Positions 1 through 10,806 of a stretch of DNA of 61,821 nt are shown here, piece after piece (position 1 is the first letter of the stretch; each line of letters opens with the position of its first letter). The position numbers and the translations under genes are program-made. The notes under the pieces were generated by a model. It was not told the DNA's origin. It was given only the letters and a program-made list of their open reading frames with translations, and did no database searches. The stretch covers positions 1 through 61,821 of the forward strand of contig PULM01000043.1 in the NCBI GenBank assembly GCA_003552345.1, written 5' to 3'. The stretch comes from Ectothiorhodospiraceae bacterium (GTDB lineage: Bacteria; Pseudomonadota; Gammaproteobacteria; Nitrococcales; Halorhodospiraceae).

Positions 1-62
1 CTCACGCCCCAGCGGAGTGTCTACAGCAGCAAGTACCGGCGCACCGACACAGGAGGGCGCCG

Positions 63-653
63 GTGGCGATGAGCTCCGAGGAGTCGGATCGCGAGCTCGT
101 GGAGCGTGTCCAGGCCGGTGAAAAGCGGGCCTTCGACCTCCTCGTGCTGCGCTACCAGCAGAAGCTGGTCAAGCTCATCTCGCGTTATGTGCGCGACCCG
201 CAGGAGGCACAGGACGTGGCCCAGGAGGCCTTCATCAAGGCCTATCGGGCGACGCCCGGTTTCCGGGGAGAGAGCAGCTTCTACACCTGGCTCTACCGGA
301 TCGGGGTCAACACGGCCAAGAACCACCTGGTTGCGCAGGGGCGCCGGCCACCGGACTCGGACGTCGATGCGCAGGATGCGGAGCGTTTTGACATCGACAC
401 CATGCTCCGCGAGCAGGATACGCCGGAGGCCGAGGCCTATCGGGACGAAGTGGAGCGGACGGTGGTCGAGGCCATCGCCGAGCTTCCCGAGGAGCTACGC
501 ACGGCGGTCACGCTCCGGGAGCTTGAGGGACTGAGCTATCAGGAGATCGCCGAGGTTATGGAGTGCCCGGTGGGCACCGTCCGCTCGCGGATCTTCCGCG
601 CCCGGGAGGCGATCGACAAACGGCTGCGTCCGCTGACTGGCGAAGAGACCTAG
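63..653 (+). CDS. rpoE: ECF sigma factor sigma-E (RpoE/AlgU)
   Basis: DVAQEAFIKAYRA, FYTWLYRIGVNTAKN and CPVGTVRSRIFRAR motifs; RBS AGGAGG upstream; followed by anti-sigma genes. Start GTG 63 or ATG 69. Confidence 0.97.
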   Translation: MAMSSEESDRELVERVQAGEKRAFDLLVLRYQQKLVKLISRYVRDPQEAQDVAQEAFIKAYRATPGFRGESSFYTWLYRIGVNTAKNHLVAQGRRPPDSDVDAQDAERFDIDTMLREQDTPEAEAYRDEVERTVVEAIAELPEELRTAVTLRELEGLSYQEIAEVMECPVGTVRSRIFRAREAIDKRLRPLTGEET

Positions 654-680
654 GGCATGGTGGCTTTCGGGGGATAGGGT

Positions 681-1367
681 ATGTCGGAAGAACAACAACG
701 GGACCGACTCGCTGAGCAGCTCTCCGCGCTCGCGGATGGGGAGCTCTCGGGCGAGGAGAGGGCGTTCCTGATGCGGCGCCTGGAACACGACGCCGACGCC
801 CGCGGTCGCCTGGCCCGCTACTACCTCATGCGGGATGCGCTGCAGCGCAATCTGCCGCCGCAGCCGAGCACGGGGCTGATCGAGCGTGTGCGAGCGGACC
901 TGGAGCGCGAGCCGGCCCACGGACCTGATCGAACCGCAGCACCCGCCGCCCGGTCGGCGACGGTCAGGGACTGGCGTCGGCCGGCGTTCGGCGGTCTGAT
1001 CGCGGCCAGTGTGGCGGCGGTGACCGTATTCTGGTGGCAGGGCGGCGCGCCGCCGGGCACCTCCCAGCCGACGGCGGACGGTGGGGAGACGGCGACGGAG
1101 GTCGCTGAATCGCCGACCGGCGGCGAGCGTACGGTCAGTGGTACGACGGTGCGTCCGGTCACCCTGGGTGACAGCGGCGGGCTGCCATGGCCGGAGACTG
1201 GCTGGAACGTGGCGGGCGCCGGACAGGAGCGAGGAGCCGAGCCCGTGCCCGATGCCATGCCGACCCGGCTTCATCGTTTCATGATCGATCACGTCGAACA
1301 GGCCGAGTCCGACTACCCCGGCAGCATGCTTCATCAGGTACGGGTTCCAAAGCATGGGGATCCATGA
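681..1367 (+). CDS. rseA: Anti-sigma-E factor RseA/MucA
   Basis: N-terminal EQLSALADGEL...RYYLMRDAL motif, single TM (GLIAASVAAVTVFWW), directly after rpoE. Confidence 0.92.
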   Translation: MSEEQQRDRLAEQLSALADGELSGEERAFLMRRLEHDADARGRLARYYLMRDALQRNLPPQPSTGLIERVRADLEREPAHGPDRTAAPAARSATVRDWRRPAFGGLIAASVAAVTVFWWQGGAPPGTSQPTADGGETATEVAESPTGGERTVSGTTVRPVTLGDSGGLPWPETGWNVAGAGQERGAEPVPDAMPTRLHRFMIDHVEQAESDYPGSMLHQVRVPKHGDP

Positions 1368-2340
1368 GCGGGCGTGGTTGCGCGGCGGGCTGCTGCTCGT
1401 AGGGCTGCTCTGGGTTGCCGTCGGGCCGTTCGCCCTTGCCGATGAGCAGCAGGATGCCGCGGACGAAGGGCGACAGGCCCTGAACCGAATGGTCCAGGCG
1501 CTGGACCAGCACTCCTACGAGGGGATCTTCGTCTACGCGCGAGCGGGCGTCGTTGAGACGGTGCGCATCGTGCATCGCGCCGACGAGTCCGGTCGTCACC
1601 AGCGACTGGAGATGCTCACGGGTGCGCACCGGGAACTGGTCCGTACGCCGGAGGGGGCGCTGCTCGCCGGCCCGGTCGCCGAGGGCGAGCGGCTGCGGGG
1701 CAGCGGCGTAGCGACCGCCCTCGGCGAGGGGTGGCCCCGGGCGGATCACATCTCCGACGAACTCTATCGGATCCGGCTCGGCGGCGAGGGGCGGGTTGCC
1801 GGCCGTCCGGCCCGGGTGATCTTGATCGAGCCACTGGATCAGCTCCGCTACGGCCATCGTCTCTGGGTGGATGAAGAGAGTGGGCTGCCGCTTCAGGCCC
1901 AGTTGCTGGAGGGGCGGCGGGTTATCGAGCGCCTGCTGTTCACCAGCCTGACCCTGCGTGAGGAGATTGATGCCGATGAGCTCAAGCCCCGCGCAGAGGC
2001 GCAGCAGCGGGTCGAGCGGCGACCCGTCGGGGAGAAGGACGACGGCGAGGAGCCGGCGTGGGAGGTTGTGGACGTTCCAGCCGGATTCTCGCGCATTGCC
2101 CATAGCCGCATCCCCTCGACGGAGGAACTGGGCGGTCCGATCGAGCACTTGCTCTTTAGTGACGGCCTGGCCACGGTGTCGGTCTACATCGCGCCCGAGC
2201 CGGATGGCGGCGAGGGGCGGGCCCGGGCCGGGGCACTGCACGCCCACGAGCGGCCAGCCGATGGTTACCAGGTCACCGCCATCGGAGATGTGCCGGCGAA
2301 GACGGTGGAGCGTTTCGCAACCCGGACGCAACGACGCTAG
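1354..2340 (+). CDS. rseB: Periplasmic sigma-E regulator RseB/MucB
   Basis: Signal peptide; YEGIFVY, RVAGR, RYGHRLWVDEESGLPL and FSDGLATVSVYI motifs; synteny. Confidence 0.93.
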   Translation: MGIHERAWLRGGLLLVGLLWVAVGPFALADEQQDAADEGRQALNRMVQALDQHSYEGIFVYARAGVVETVRIVHRADESGRHQRLEMLTGAHRELVRTPEGALLAGPVAEGERLRGSGVATALGEGWPRADHISDELYRIRLGGEGRVAGRPARVILIEPLDQLRYGHRLWVDEESGLPLQAQLLEGRRVIERLLFTSLTLREEIDADELKPRAEAQQRVERRPVGEKDDGEEPAWEVVDVPAGFSRIAHSRIPSTEELGGPIEHLLFSDGLATVSVYIAPEPDGGEGRARAGALHAHERPADGYQVTAIGDVPAKTVERFATRTQRR

Positions 2341-2407
2341 CATGGCGGGCATGACAGTCTTTGCAGTCGACCGGATGAGCTCCATCCCGGCAACAAGGTG
2401 AGGATCG

Positions 2408-3883
2408 ATGGGTATTGCGGAACGTGAGTCAGCGCGGATCGCGCTGGCTGCCGGGATCGGGCTGGGGGTCAGCACCCCGGTAGCCGCCCTCGAGCTGCCG
2501 GATTTCACCGAGCTCGTCCGCGAGAACAGTGCGGCGGTGGTCAACATCAGCACTCGTCAGGAATTGCCGGATCCTGGAGAGGTGCTGCCCGAGGGCATCG
2601 AGCCTCAACGGGGTACGCCGCCGCCGGCCCCGGGCCTACGACAGGTCTCTACATTGCCGGGTCAGCCCTCCGTGCCCGAGCCCGGCGAGCAGCCTGGTCC
2701 CGGGCCCGGCCCGTTCGGTGAGGACGGGCAGTCGCTCGGTTCGGGGTTTCTGATCAGCGAGGACGGGGTGATTCTGACCAATCACCACGTCGTAACCCAG
2801 GCGGAAGAGGTGATCGTGCGGCTCGCCGATGGCCGCGAGCACGACGCAGAGGTAATCGGTTCCGACGAACGCACGGATCTGGCTGTCGTGGAGATCGACG
2901 CCGATGACGATCTGCCTACCGTGTCGGTGGGCAGTGCAGACGCCCTTGAAGTAGGCGAGTGGGTCCTGGCGATCGGCTCGCCCTTCGGTTTCGATCACTC
3001 GGTGACCGCCGGCATTGTGTCGGCGAAGGGCCGTTCGTTGCCCCATGGCAACTATGTGCCGTACATCCAGACCGATGTGGCCATCAACCCGGGGAATTCC
3101 GGAGGCCCCCTGTTCAACCTGCGCGGCGATGTGGTTGGGATTAACTCGCAGATCTACAGCCGTACCGGCGGGTTCATGGGCCTGTCGTTTGCCATCCCCA
3201 TCGAACTGGCCATGGATGTGGCCGAGCAGCTGCAGGAGACCGGTGAGGTGCAGCGCGGTTGGCTGGGGGTGCTGATCCAGGACGTGACCCGGGATCTGGC
3301 CGAAGGGTTCGGTTTGGAGCGCCCCCGTGGGGCTCTGGTCTCGGAGTTGCTTGATGGCAGCCCCGCGGCGGAGGCCGGTCTGGAAAGCGGTGACGTCATC
3401 CTGGAGTTCGATGGCGAGGTGGTGGAAACCTCCGCGGCCCTGCCGCCGATGGTGGGGCGGACCGCCATCGGGCGGAGCATCGAATTGCGGATCCTTCGCG
3501 ACGGGGAAGAGAAGCGCATCGAGGTCGAGGTGGCCGCCTTGCCCGAAGAGGATGAATTGGCGGCGGCGCCGGGGTCATCCGGGGGCGCGGAGGATGCGGC
3601 CGGCTCTGACCTGGGGCTGCAGGTGGAGCCCGTGGATGACGCCACGCGACAGGAGTTCGACCTGGAAGACGAGGGTGGCGTGCTGGTGACCTCGGTCGAG
3701 GACGGACCGGCCGCCCAGGCCGGGGTGGAGCCCGGCGACGTGCTGGTCAGTTTTGACCGCGAGCCGGTACACACCGCGGAGGATCTCGGCGATCGGGTGA
3801 CGGCCGCCGAGTCTGGCAGCACGGTACCGGTGCTGATCATCCGCGATGGGCACCCGAGTTTCCTCGCGGTGCAAATGCCCTGA
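2408..3883 (+). CDS. degP: DegP/DegQ/MucD-family periplasmic serine protease with two PDZ domains
   Basis: GSGF, TNHHV, TDLAV and IQTDVAINPGNSGGPL trypsin motifs; two C-terminal PDZ domains; occupies the mucD position. Confidence 0.93.
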   Translation: MGIAERESARIALAAGIGLGVSTPVAALELPDFTELVRENSAAVVNISTRQELPDPGEVLPEGIEPQRGTPPPAPGLRQVSTLPGQPSVPEPGEQPGPGPGPFGEDGQSLGSGFLISEDGVILTNHHVVTQAEEVIVRLADGREHDAEVIGSDERTDLAVVEIDADDDLPTVSVGSADALEVGEWVLAIGSPFGFDHSVTAGIVSAKGRSLPHGNYVPYIQTDVAINPGNSGGPLFNLRGDVVGINSQIYSRTGGFMGLSFAIPIELAMDVAEQLQETGEVQRGWLGVLIQDVTRDLAEGFGLERPRGALVSELLDGSPAAEAGLESGDVILEFDGEVVETSAALPPMVGRTAIGRSIELRILRDGEEKRIEVEVAALPEEDELAAAPGSSGGAEDAAGSDLGLQVEPVDDATRQEFDLEDEGGVLVTSVEDGPAAQAGVEPGDVLVSFDREPVHTAEDLGDRVTAAESGSTVPVLIIRDGHPSFLAVQMP

Positions 3884-3907
3884 GGCTTCGAAACGAGTAG
3901 AATATGG

Positions 3908-3942
3908 GCGCCGCCCGCATGCGGGCGGCGCTTTTTCTTTTT
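3908..3942 (+). terminator. Intrinsic terminator after degP
   Basis: Perfect palindrome GCGCCGCCCGCATGCGGGCGGCGC (3908-3931) followed by TTTTTCTTTTT. Confidence 0.8.
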
Positions 3943-3978
3943 CATTGCAACCGGCGACCAGGCAGGACCGAGCGACGC

Positions 3979-5778
<1,800 letters not shown>

Positions 5779-5787
5779 TGGCCGCCC

Positions 5788-6549
5788 ATGAACTTTGAAA
5801 TCCTCCTTGTCGTGCTGACCCTGCTCACCGGCCTGGTGTGGGGGTGGGATCGTTGGCTGCGCCAGCGCGAGGGCATCGATCGCGACCGCGACCCGTGGTA
5901 CGTCGACCTGCCGCGCTCGCTTTTCCCGATCATCCTGATCGTGCTCCTGATCCGCTCGTTCGTGGCCGAGCCGTTCCGCATCCCGTCGGGTTCGATGTTG
6001 CCAACCCTGCAGGCCGGGGATTTCATCCTGGTCAACAAGGTCTCCTACGGCATCCGTCTGCCCGTCCTGCGCAGCCGCCTGTTCGGGGATGGTGAGCCGG
6101 AGCGGGGCGAGGTGGCGGTGTTCCGGTATCCGGTTGATCCGAGCCAGGATTACATCAAGCGCGTCATCGGCCTGCCGGGTGACGAGATCCGTTATCAGGA
6201 CCGGACCTTCTACGTCAACGGCGAGCGCCTGGAGCAGGAGGGCGACGAGCGCTATTCCGGCCCCGGGGCGGATCCGGACCAGCCCTCCGTTTTGCGCACC
6301 GAGCGGGTGGCCGGGCGTGAATACAGCATCCTTCATCACCCGGCCTCCCAGTCGGCGGATTTCACCTACACGGTGCCCGAGGGCAAGTACTTCACCGTGG
6401 GGGATAACCGGGATCGCAGCGCCGACAGCCGGATGTGGGGGCCGGTATCCGATGACTACCTGGCCGGGCGGGCGTTCCTGATCTGGATGAGCTGGGACGG
6501 TGAGGAAGGCGGCATCGCCTGGGATCGTATTGGCCAGCGGATCGAGTAA
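5788..6549 (+). CDS. lepB: Signal peptidase I
   Basis: IPSGSMLPTL (catalytic Ser), DYIKRVIGLPGD (Lys), GDNRDRSADSR. Confidence 0.97.
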   Translation: MNFEILLVVLTLLTGLVWGWDRWLRQREGIDRDRDPWYVDLPRSLFPIILIVLLIRSFVAEPFRIPSGSMLPTLQAGDFILVNKVSYGIRLPVLRSRLFGDGEPERGEVAVFRYPVDPSQDYIKRVIGLPGDEIRYQDRTFYVNGERLEQEGDERYSGPGADPDQPSVLRTERVAGREYSILHHPASQSADFTYTVPEGKYFTVGDNRDRSADSRMWGPVSDDYLAGRAFLIWMSWDGEEGGIAWDRIGQRIE

Positions 6550-6553
6550 CGGT

Positions 6554-7261
6554 ATGTCCGATCTGGAACGCCTACAGCAGCGGCTCGAGCATCGGTTCCG
6601 GGACCTGGACCGCCTGCAGGAAGCGGTCACCCACCGCAGCGCCGGCGGTCGGCACAATGAGCGCCTGGAGTTCCTCGGTGATTCGGTGCTCAACTTTGTC
6701 ATCGCCCACGAGGTCTTCCACCGGCGCCCCGGCGACAGTGAGGGGACGCTGTCGCGGCTGCGCGCGAGTCTGGTTAATCGCTCCAGCCTGGCGGCCATCG
6801 CCCGGGATATCGACTTGGGTGAGCACCTGCGCCTGGGCGGCGGGGAGCTCAAGAGCGGCGGGCACCGCCGTGACTCCATCCTGGCCGATGCCCTCGAGGC
6901 CGTGTTCGGTGCGGTCTATCTGGATGCCGGTTTCGACACGGCGGCCGAGGTCATCATCGGCCTCTATCGGTCGCGCCTGGAGACGCTGCCGGAGAAGGCG
7001 GTCCTCAAGGATCCGAAGACGCGCCTGCAGGAGGTCCTGCAATCGACGCGCCGGCCGTTGCCCGGTTATCAGGTGCTCGATGTCCGCGGGCGCGCCCACC
7101 ATCAGCGTTTCCGGGTCGAGTGTCGACTCAGCGACAGTGAACAGGCCACTGTCGGCGAGGCCGGCAGCCGCAGACAGGCCGAGCAGCGCGCCGCGGAGGC
7201 GATGCTGGTGGAGATCGGCGCGCAGTCAGGCCCGGAGGGGGGAGGTCCCGGCCATGCATGA
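6554..7261 (+). CDS. rnc: Ribonuclease III
   Basis: NERLEFLGDSVL signature and dsRBD (KDPKTRLQE); ATG 6554. Confidence 0.97.
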   Translation: MSDLERLQQRLEHRFRDLDRLQEAVTHRSAGGRHNERLEFLGDSVLNFVIAHEVFHRRPGDSEGTLSRLRASLVNRSSLAAIARDIDLGEHLRLGGGELKSGGHRRDSILADALEAVFGAVYLDAGFDTAAEVIIGLYRSRLETLPEKAVLKDPKTRLQEVLQSTRRPLPGYQVLDVRGRAHHQRFRVECRLSDSEQATVGEAGSRRQAEQRAAEAMLVEIGAQSGPEGGGPGHA

Positions 7262-8171
7262 CGGATCCAGCGAGATGGTGTCAAACCTGGCGCACAGCGG
7301 CCTGTGTGCCCTGGTCGGCCGGCCGAATGTGGGGAAATCGACGCTGCTGAACGCCCTGCTCGGCGAGAAAGTGAGCATCGTCACGCGCAAGCCGCAGACG
7401 ACACGCCACCGCATTCTCGGGGTGCTCAATCGACCGGGCGCCCAGACGGTGCTGGTGGACACCCCCGGCATGCACCAGTCCGCCAAGCGGGCCCTGAATC
7501 GCCAGCTCAATCGGGCCGCCCACGGCGCCCTGGAAGACATCGACGTGGTCGTCTTCGTCGTCCGCGGTACCGAGTGGAAGGACGACGATCAGCGGGTTCT
7601 GGAGCGCCTTGCCGAGGTGGAGGCCCCGGTCGTTCTGGCGGTGAACCAGGTCGATCGGATCCGGGACAAGCGCCTTCTCCTGCCTCATCTGGAGTGGTTG
7701 TCCGAGCAGCGGTCGTTCGCCGCCCTGGTCCCGGTCTCGGCCACCCGCGGCGAGAACCTGGATGCCCTGGAACAGGAGATCATCCGCCACCTGCCTGAGG
7801 GGCCGCCCCTGTTCCCGGCCGATCAGATCACCGACCGCGATCTGGGGTTCCGGCTTGGTGAGCTGGTGCGCGAGCAGCTGATGCTCAACCTGGGCGATGA
7901 GCTACCGTACACGACCACGGTGCAGATCGAGCAGCTCCACCGGGAAGAGGGCCTGACCCGGCTCTCGGCGGTGATCTGGGTCGAGAGCGAGGGGCAGAAG
8001 CCCATCGTCATCGGTCGCGGGGGCGAGCGACTGAAGAAGATCGGCCGCAGTGCGCGGCTGCAGATGGAGAATCTGCTCGGTGAGCGCGTCCACCTGGAGC
8101 TCTGGACCAAGGTCAAGGAGCAGTGGACGAACGACCGACGGGCGCTGGACGAGCTCGGGTATACGGATTGA
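7254..8171 (+). CDS. era: GTPase Era
   Basis: GRPNVGKSTL, QTTRH and DTPG motifs, KH domain (VIGRGGERLKKIG); G4 reads NQVD (see findings). Confidence 0.96.
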   Translation: MHDGSSEMVSNLAHSGLCALVGRPNVGKSTLLNALLGEKVSIVTRKPQTTRHRILGVLNRPGAQTVLVDTPGMHQSAKRALNRQLNRAAHGALEDIDVVVFVVRGTEWKDDDQRVLERLAEVEAPVVLAVNQVDRIRDKRLLLPHLEWLSEQRSFAALVPVSATRGENLDALEQEIIRHLPEGPPLFPADQITDRDLGFRLGELVREQLMLNLGDELPYTTTVQIEQLHREEGLTRLSAVIWVESEGQKPIVIGRGGERLKKIGRSARLQMENLLGERVHLELWTKVKEQWTNDRRALDELGYTD

Positions 8172-8872
8172 GCAACACGCAGGGTCAGTTGGCGTGGGTG
8201 CTGCATCGTCGGGCCTTCCGGGAGAGCAGCACCCTGGTCGAGCTGTTCACCCGCGAATACGGGCGGATCGGTGCGGTCGCCAACGGGGTGCGCCGGCGGG
8301 GGTGGAGCGGGCAGCTGGAGCCGTTCATCCCTTTGCAGGTGGCCTGGCGGGGGCGCGGTGATCTCAAGACCCTCACCGGCGTCGATCAGAGCGGCCGCGG
8401 GTACCCGCTGCGTGGAGGGGCACTGGCCTGCGGTTTTTACATGGCGGAGCTCCTGCTGGCGCTGACCCGGCGGGAAGACCCGCACCCGCGGACCTGGGAG
8501 CGCTACGCCATCGCCGTCGACTGCCTGGCGGAGGGGGCTGCCGAACCAGCGCTGCGGCGCTTCGAGCTTGCCCTGCTGGAGGAGAGCGGCTACGGGCTCG
8601 AGCTGGAGGCGGACCTCCAGGGGCAACCCATCGTGCCGGACGCCCGCTACCGCTACATCCCTGAGCGGGGTGCGGATCGCGCCGGCACGGCAGAGCAAGG
8701 CGTTGAGGTCCACGGTGCCACGCTGCTGGCACTGGCGGCCAGGGAAGGGCACGGGTTGTCGGAAGAACCGGTGCGCGGCGAGGCGCGACAGCTGATGCGG
8801 GCGGTGCTCCACCGACATCTGGGGGGGCGACGGCTGCGCAGTCGCGAGATGTTCCGCTCGCTGCGCGGTTGA
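8168..8872 (+). CDS. recO: DNA repair protein RecO
   Basis: [27 protein letters not shown]; era-recO-pdxJ synteny; probable TTG start overlapping the era stop. Confidence 0.93.
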   Translation: MSNTQGQLAWVLHRRAFRESSTLVELFTREYGRIGAVANGVRRRGWSGQLEPFIPLQVAWRGRGDLKTLTGVDQSGRGYPLRGGALACGFYMAELLLALTRREDPHPRTWERYAIAVDCLAEGAAEPALRRFELALLEESGYGLELEADLQGQPIVPDARYRYIPERGADRAGTAEQGVEVHGATLLALAAREGHGLSEEPVRGEARQLMRAVLHRHLGGRRLRSREMFRSLRG

Positions 8873-8895
8873 TGCAACGGCTTTCTGGGAGACCT

Positions 8896-9630
8896 ATGTC
8901 CACGGGACGTATACTACTGGGCGTCAACATCGATCACGTGGCCACGCTCCGGCAGGCGCGTGGCACACGCTATCCGGATATTCTGCAGGCGGCAGCGGAG
9001 GCCGAGCGCGGCGGGGCCGACGGGATTACCGTCCACCTGCGCGAGGATCGCCGCCACATCCAGGATCTGGATGTCGAAGAGCTGCAGCGCCATGTGCAAA
9101 CACGCGTGAACCTGGAGATGGCGGTGACCGAGGAGATGATCGGCATCGCCACACGGCTGCGGCCGGCCGACTGCTGCCTGGTCCCCGAACGGCGCGCCGA
9201 GCTCACCACGGAAGGGGGGCTGGATGTAGCCGGGGATGTACAAAGGCTGGAGCAGGCCTGCGGCTGCTTGGCCGAGGCCGGCGTACGCGTATCCCTGTTC
9301 ATCGACCCGGAACCGGAGCAGATCGATGCCGCAGCGACGGCCGGGGCGCCGGTGATTGAACTCCACACCGGGGCTTATGCCGATGCGCCGGATGCAGCCA
9401 CGCGCGACCGCGAGCTGCAGCGGCTCCGGGCAGCGGCCGAACGCGCCACCGACGCCGGTCTCCAGGTCAACGCCGGGCACGGTCTCCATTACCACAATGT
9501 CGAGCCGGTGGCCGCGCTGCCGAAGATGGCCGAGTTGAACATTGGCCATGCCATTGTGGCCCGTGCAGTGTTCACCGGACTGGCCCCGGCCGTGGCTGAG
9601 ATGAAGCGGATCATGCGGTCGGTGGCATGA
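8896..9630 (+). CDS. pdxJ: Pyridoxine 5'-phosphate synthase
   Basis: [38 protein letters not shown]. Confidence 0.98.
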   Translation: MSTGRILLGVNIDHVATLRQARGTRYPDILQAAAEAERGGADGITVHLREDRRHIQDLDVEELQRHVQTRVNLEMAVTEEMIGIATRLRPADCCLVPERRAELTTEGGLDVAGDVQRLEQACGCLAEAGVRVSLFIDPEPEQIDAAATAGAPVIELHTGAYADAPDAATRDRELQRLRAAAERATDAGLQVNAGHGLHYHNVEPVAALPKMAELNIGHAIVARAVFTGLAPAVAEMKRIMRSVA

Positions 9631-10007
9631 TCGCCGGCATTGGCACCGACATCGTGGCCGTGGCGCGCCTGGAGCGCGCCCTTGAGCGGCACGGTGAGCG
9701 GCTCGCCCGGCGTGTGCTGGCCCCGGAGGAGTGGCACAGTTTCCACCGCTGGGGCGCCACGGCAGCCTTCCTGGCCCGCCGGTTCGCGGCCAAGGAGGCG
9801 GCATCGAAGGCGCTGGGCACTGGGTTGAGCGAGGGCGTGACGCTGCGCGATCTGGAAGTGGTTCACGACCAACGCGGCAAACCCTCCCTGCGCTTTCATG
9901 GTGCCGCTGCCGAGCGTGCCGCCGAGCTGCGGGTGCGCGAAGCGGCCCTGAGCCTCAGCGACGAGCGGGAGTATGCGGTGGCCTTCGTGGTCCTGGTAAC
10001 CGGCTGA
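9627..10007 (+). CDS. acpS: Holo-ACP synthase
   Basis: [26 protein letters not shown]. Confidence 0.96.
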   Translation: MIAGIGTDIVAVARLERALERHGERLARRVLAPEEWHSFHRWGATAAFLARRFAAKEAASKALGTGLSEGVTLRDLEVVHDQRGKPSLRFHGAAAERAAELRVREAALSLSDEREYAVAFVVLVTG

Positions 10008-10025
10008 CCGACAGGGAGAGAGCCC

Positions 10026-10799
10026 ATGAATGTGCTCGCCTTCGACATCGAGACCGTTCCCGACCTTGCCGGTGGACGGGTCGTCTATGGCCTGGATGGC
10101 CTGGAGGATGCCGACGTGTCGCGGGCCATGGCGGCCCGGCGCCGACAGGAGACGGGGCACGAGTTCCCGCGGCTTCACCTGCATCGCGTGGTGGCCATCT
10201 CATTGGCCGGCCTGGTGGAGGGGCGTTTCCGGGTCTGGTCACTGGGCAGCCCAGAGGACGGGGAGCGGGCCCTGCTGGAGCGCTTTTTCGAGGGGCTGGA
10301 TCGCTACATTCCCAACCTGGTCTCCTGGAACGGCAACGGCTTCGACGTCCCGGTACTGCACCATCGGGCACTGATCAACGGGGTCAGCGCGCCGCGTTAC
10401 TGGGAGACCGGCGACAACGACCGCGCCTTTCGCTTCAACAATTACCTCAACCGCTATCACGATCGCCACCTCGACCTGATGGATGTGCTCGCCTCGTTCC
10501 AGATGCGCGGGGCGGCCCCGCTGGACGAGGTGGCTACGCTCTGCGGTCTGCCCGGTAAGATGGGCATGAGCGGTGCGGCGGTGGCCGACGCCGTTGCCCA
10601 GGGCGAGATCGAGGCGGTGCGCAACTACTGCGAGACCGACGTGCTCAACACCTACCTGCTGTATCTACGTTTTCAGTACTTCCGGGGCGCCCTGGATCCG
10701 AGCGATTACGAACGGGAGAGCGAGCGGGTCGCGACGGCCCTGGAGGCCAGCGATCGGCCCCATCTTCGCGAATTCCTGGAGGCCTGGCGTGGGACGTAA
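10026..10799 (+). CDS. DEDD 3'-5' exonuclease, PolB-proofreading-like (DNA_pol_B_exo2 type)
   Basis: Exo I FDIET, Exo II WNGNGFDVP and Exo III YCETD motifs; no polymerase domain. Confidence 0.85.
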   Translation: MNVLAFDIETVPDLAGGRVVYGLDGLEDADVSRAMAARRRQETGHEFPRLHLHRVVAISLAGLVEGRFRVWSLGSPEDGERALLERFFEGLDRYIPNLVSWNGNGFDVPVLHHRALINGVSAPRYWETGDNDRAFRFNNYLNRYHDRHLDLMDVLASFQMRGAAPLDEVATLCGLPGKMGMSGAAVADAVAQGEIEAVRNYCETDVLNTYLLYLRFQYFRGALDPSDYERESERVATALEASDRPHLREFLEAWRGT

Positions 10800-10806
10800 A
10801 CGGCGT

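Noticed and set aside
1-24. sigma-E autoregulatory promoter of rpoE (GTCTA at 19-23)
   Set aside because: Plausible, but the -35 GAAC element would lie at or beyond the window edge and cannot be verified.
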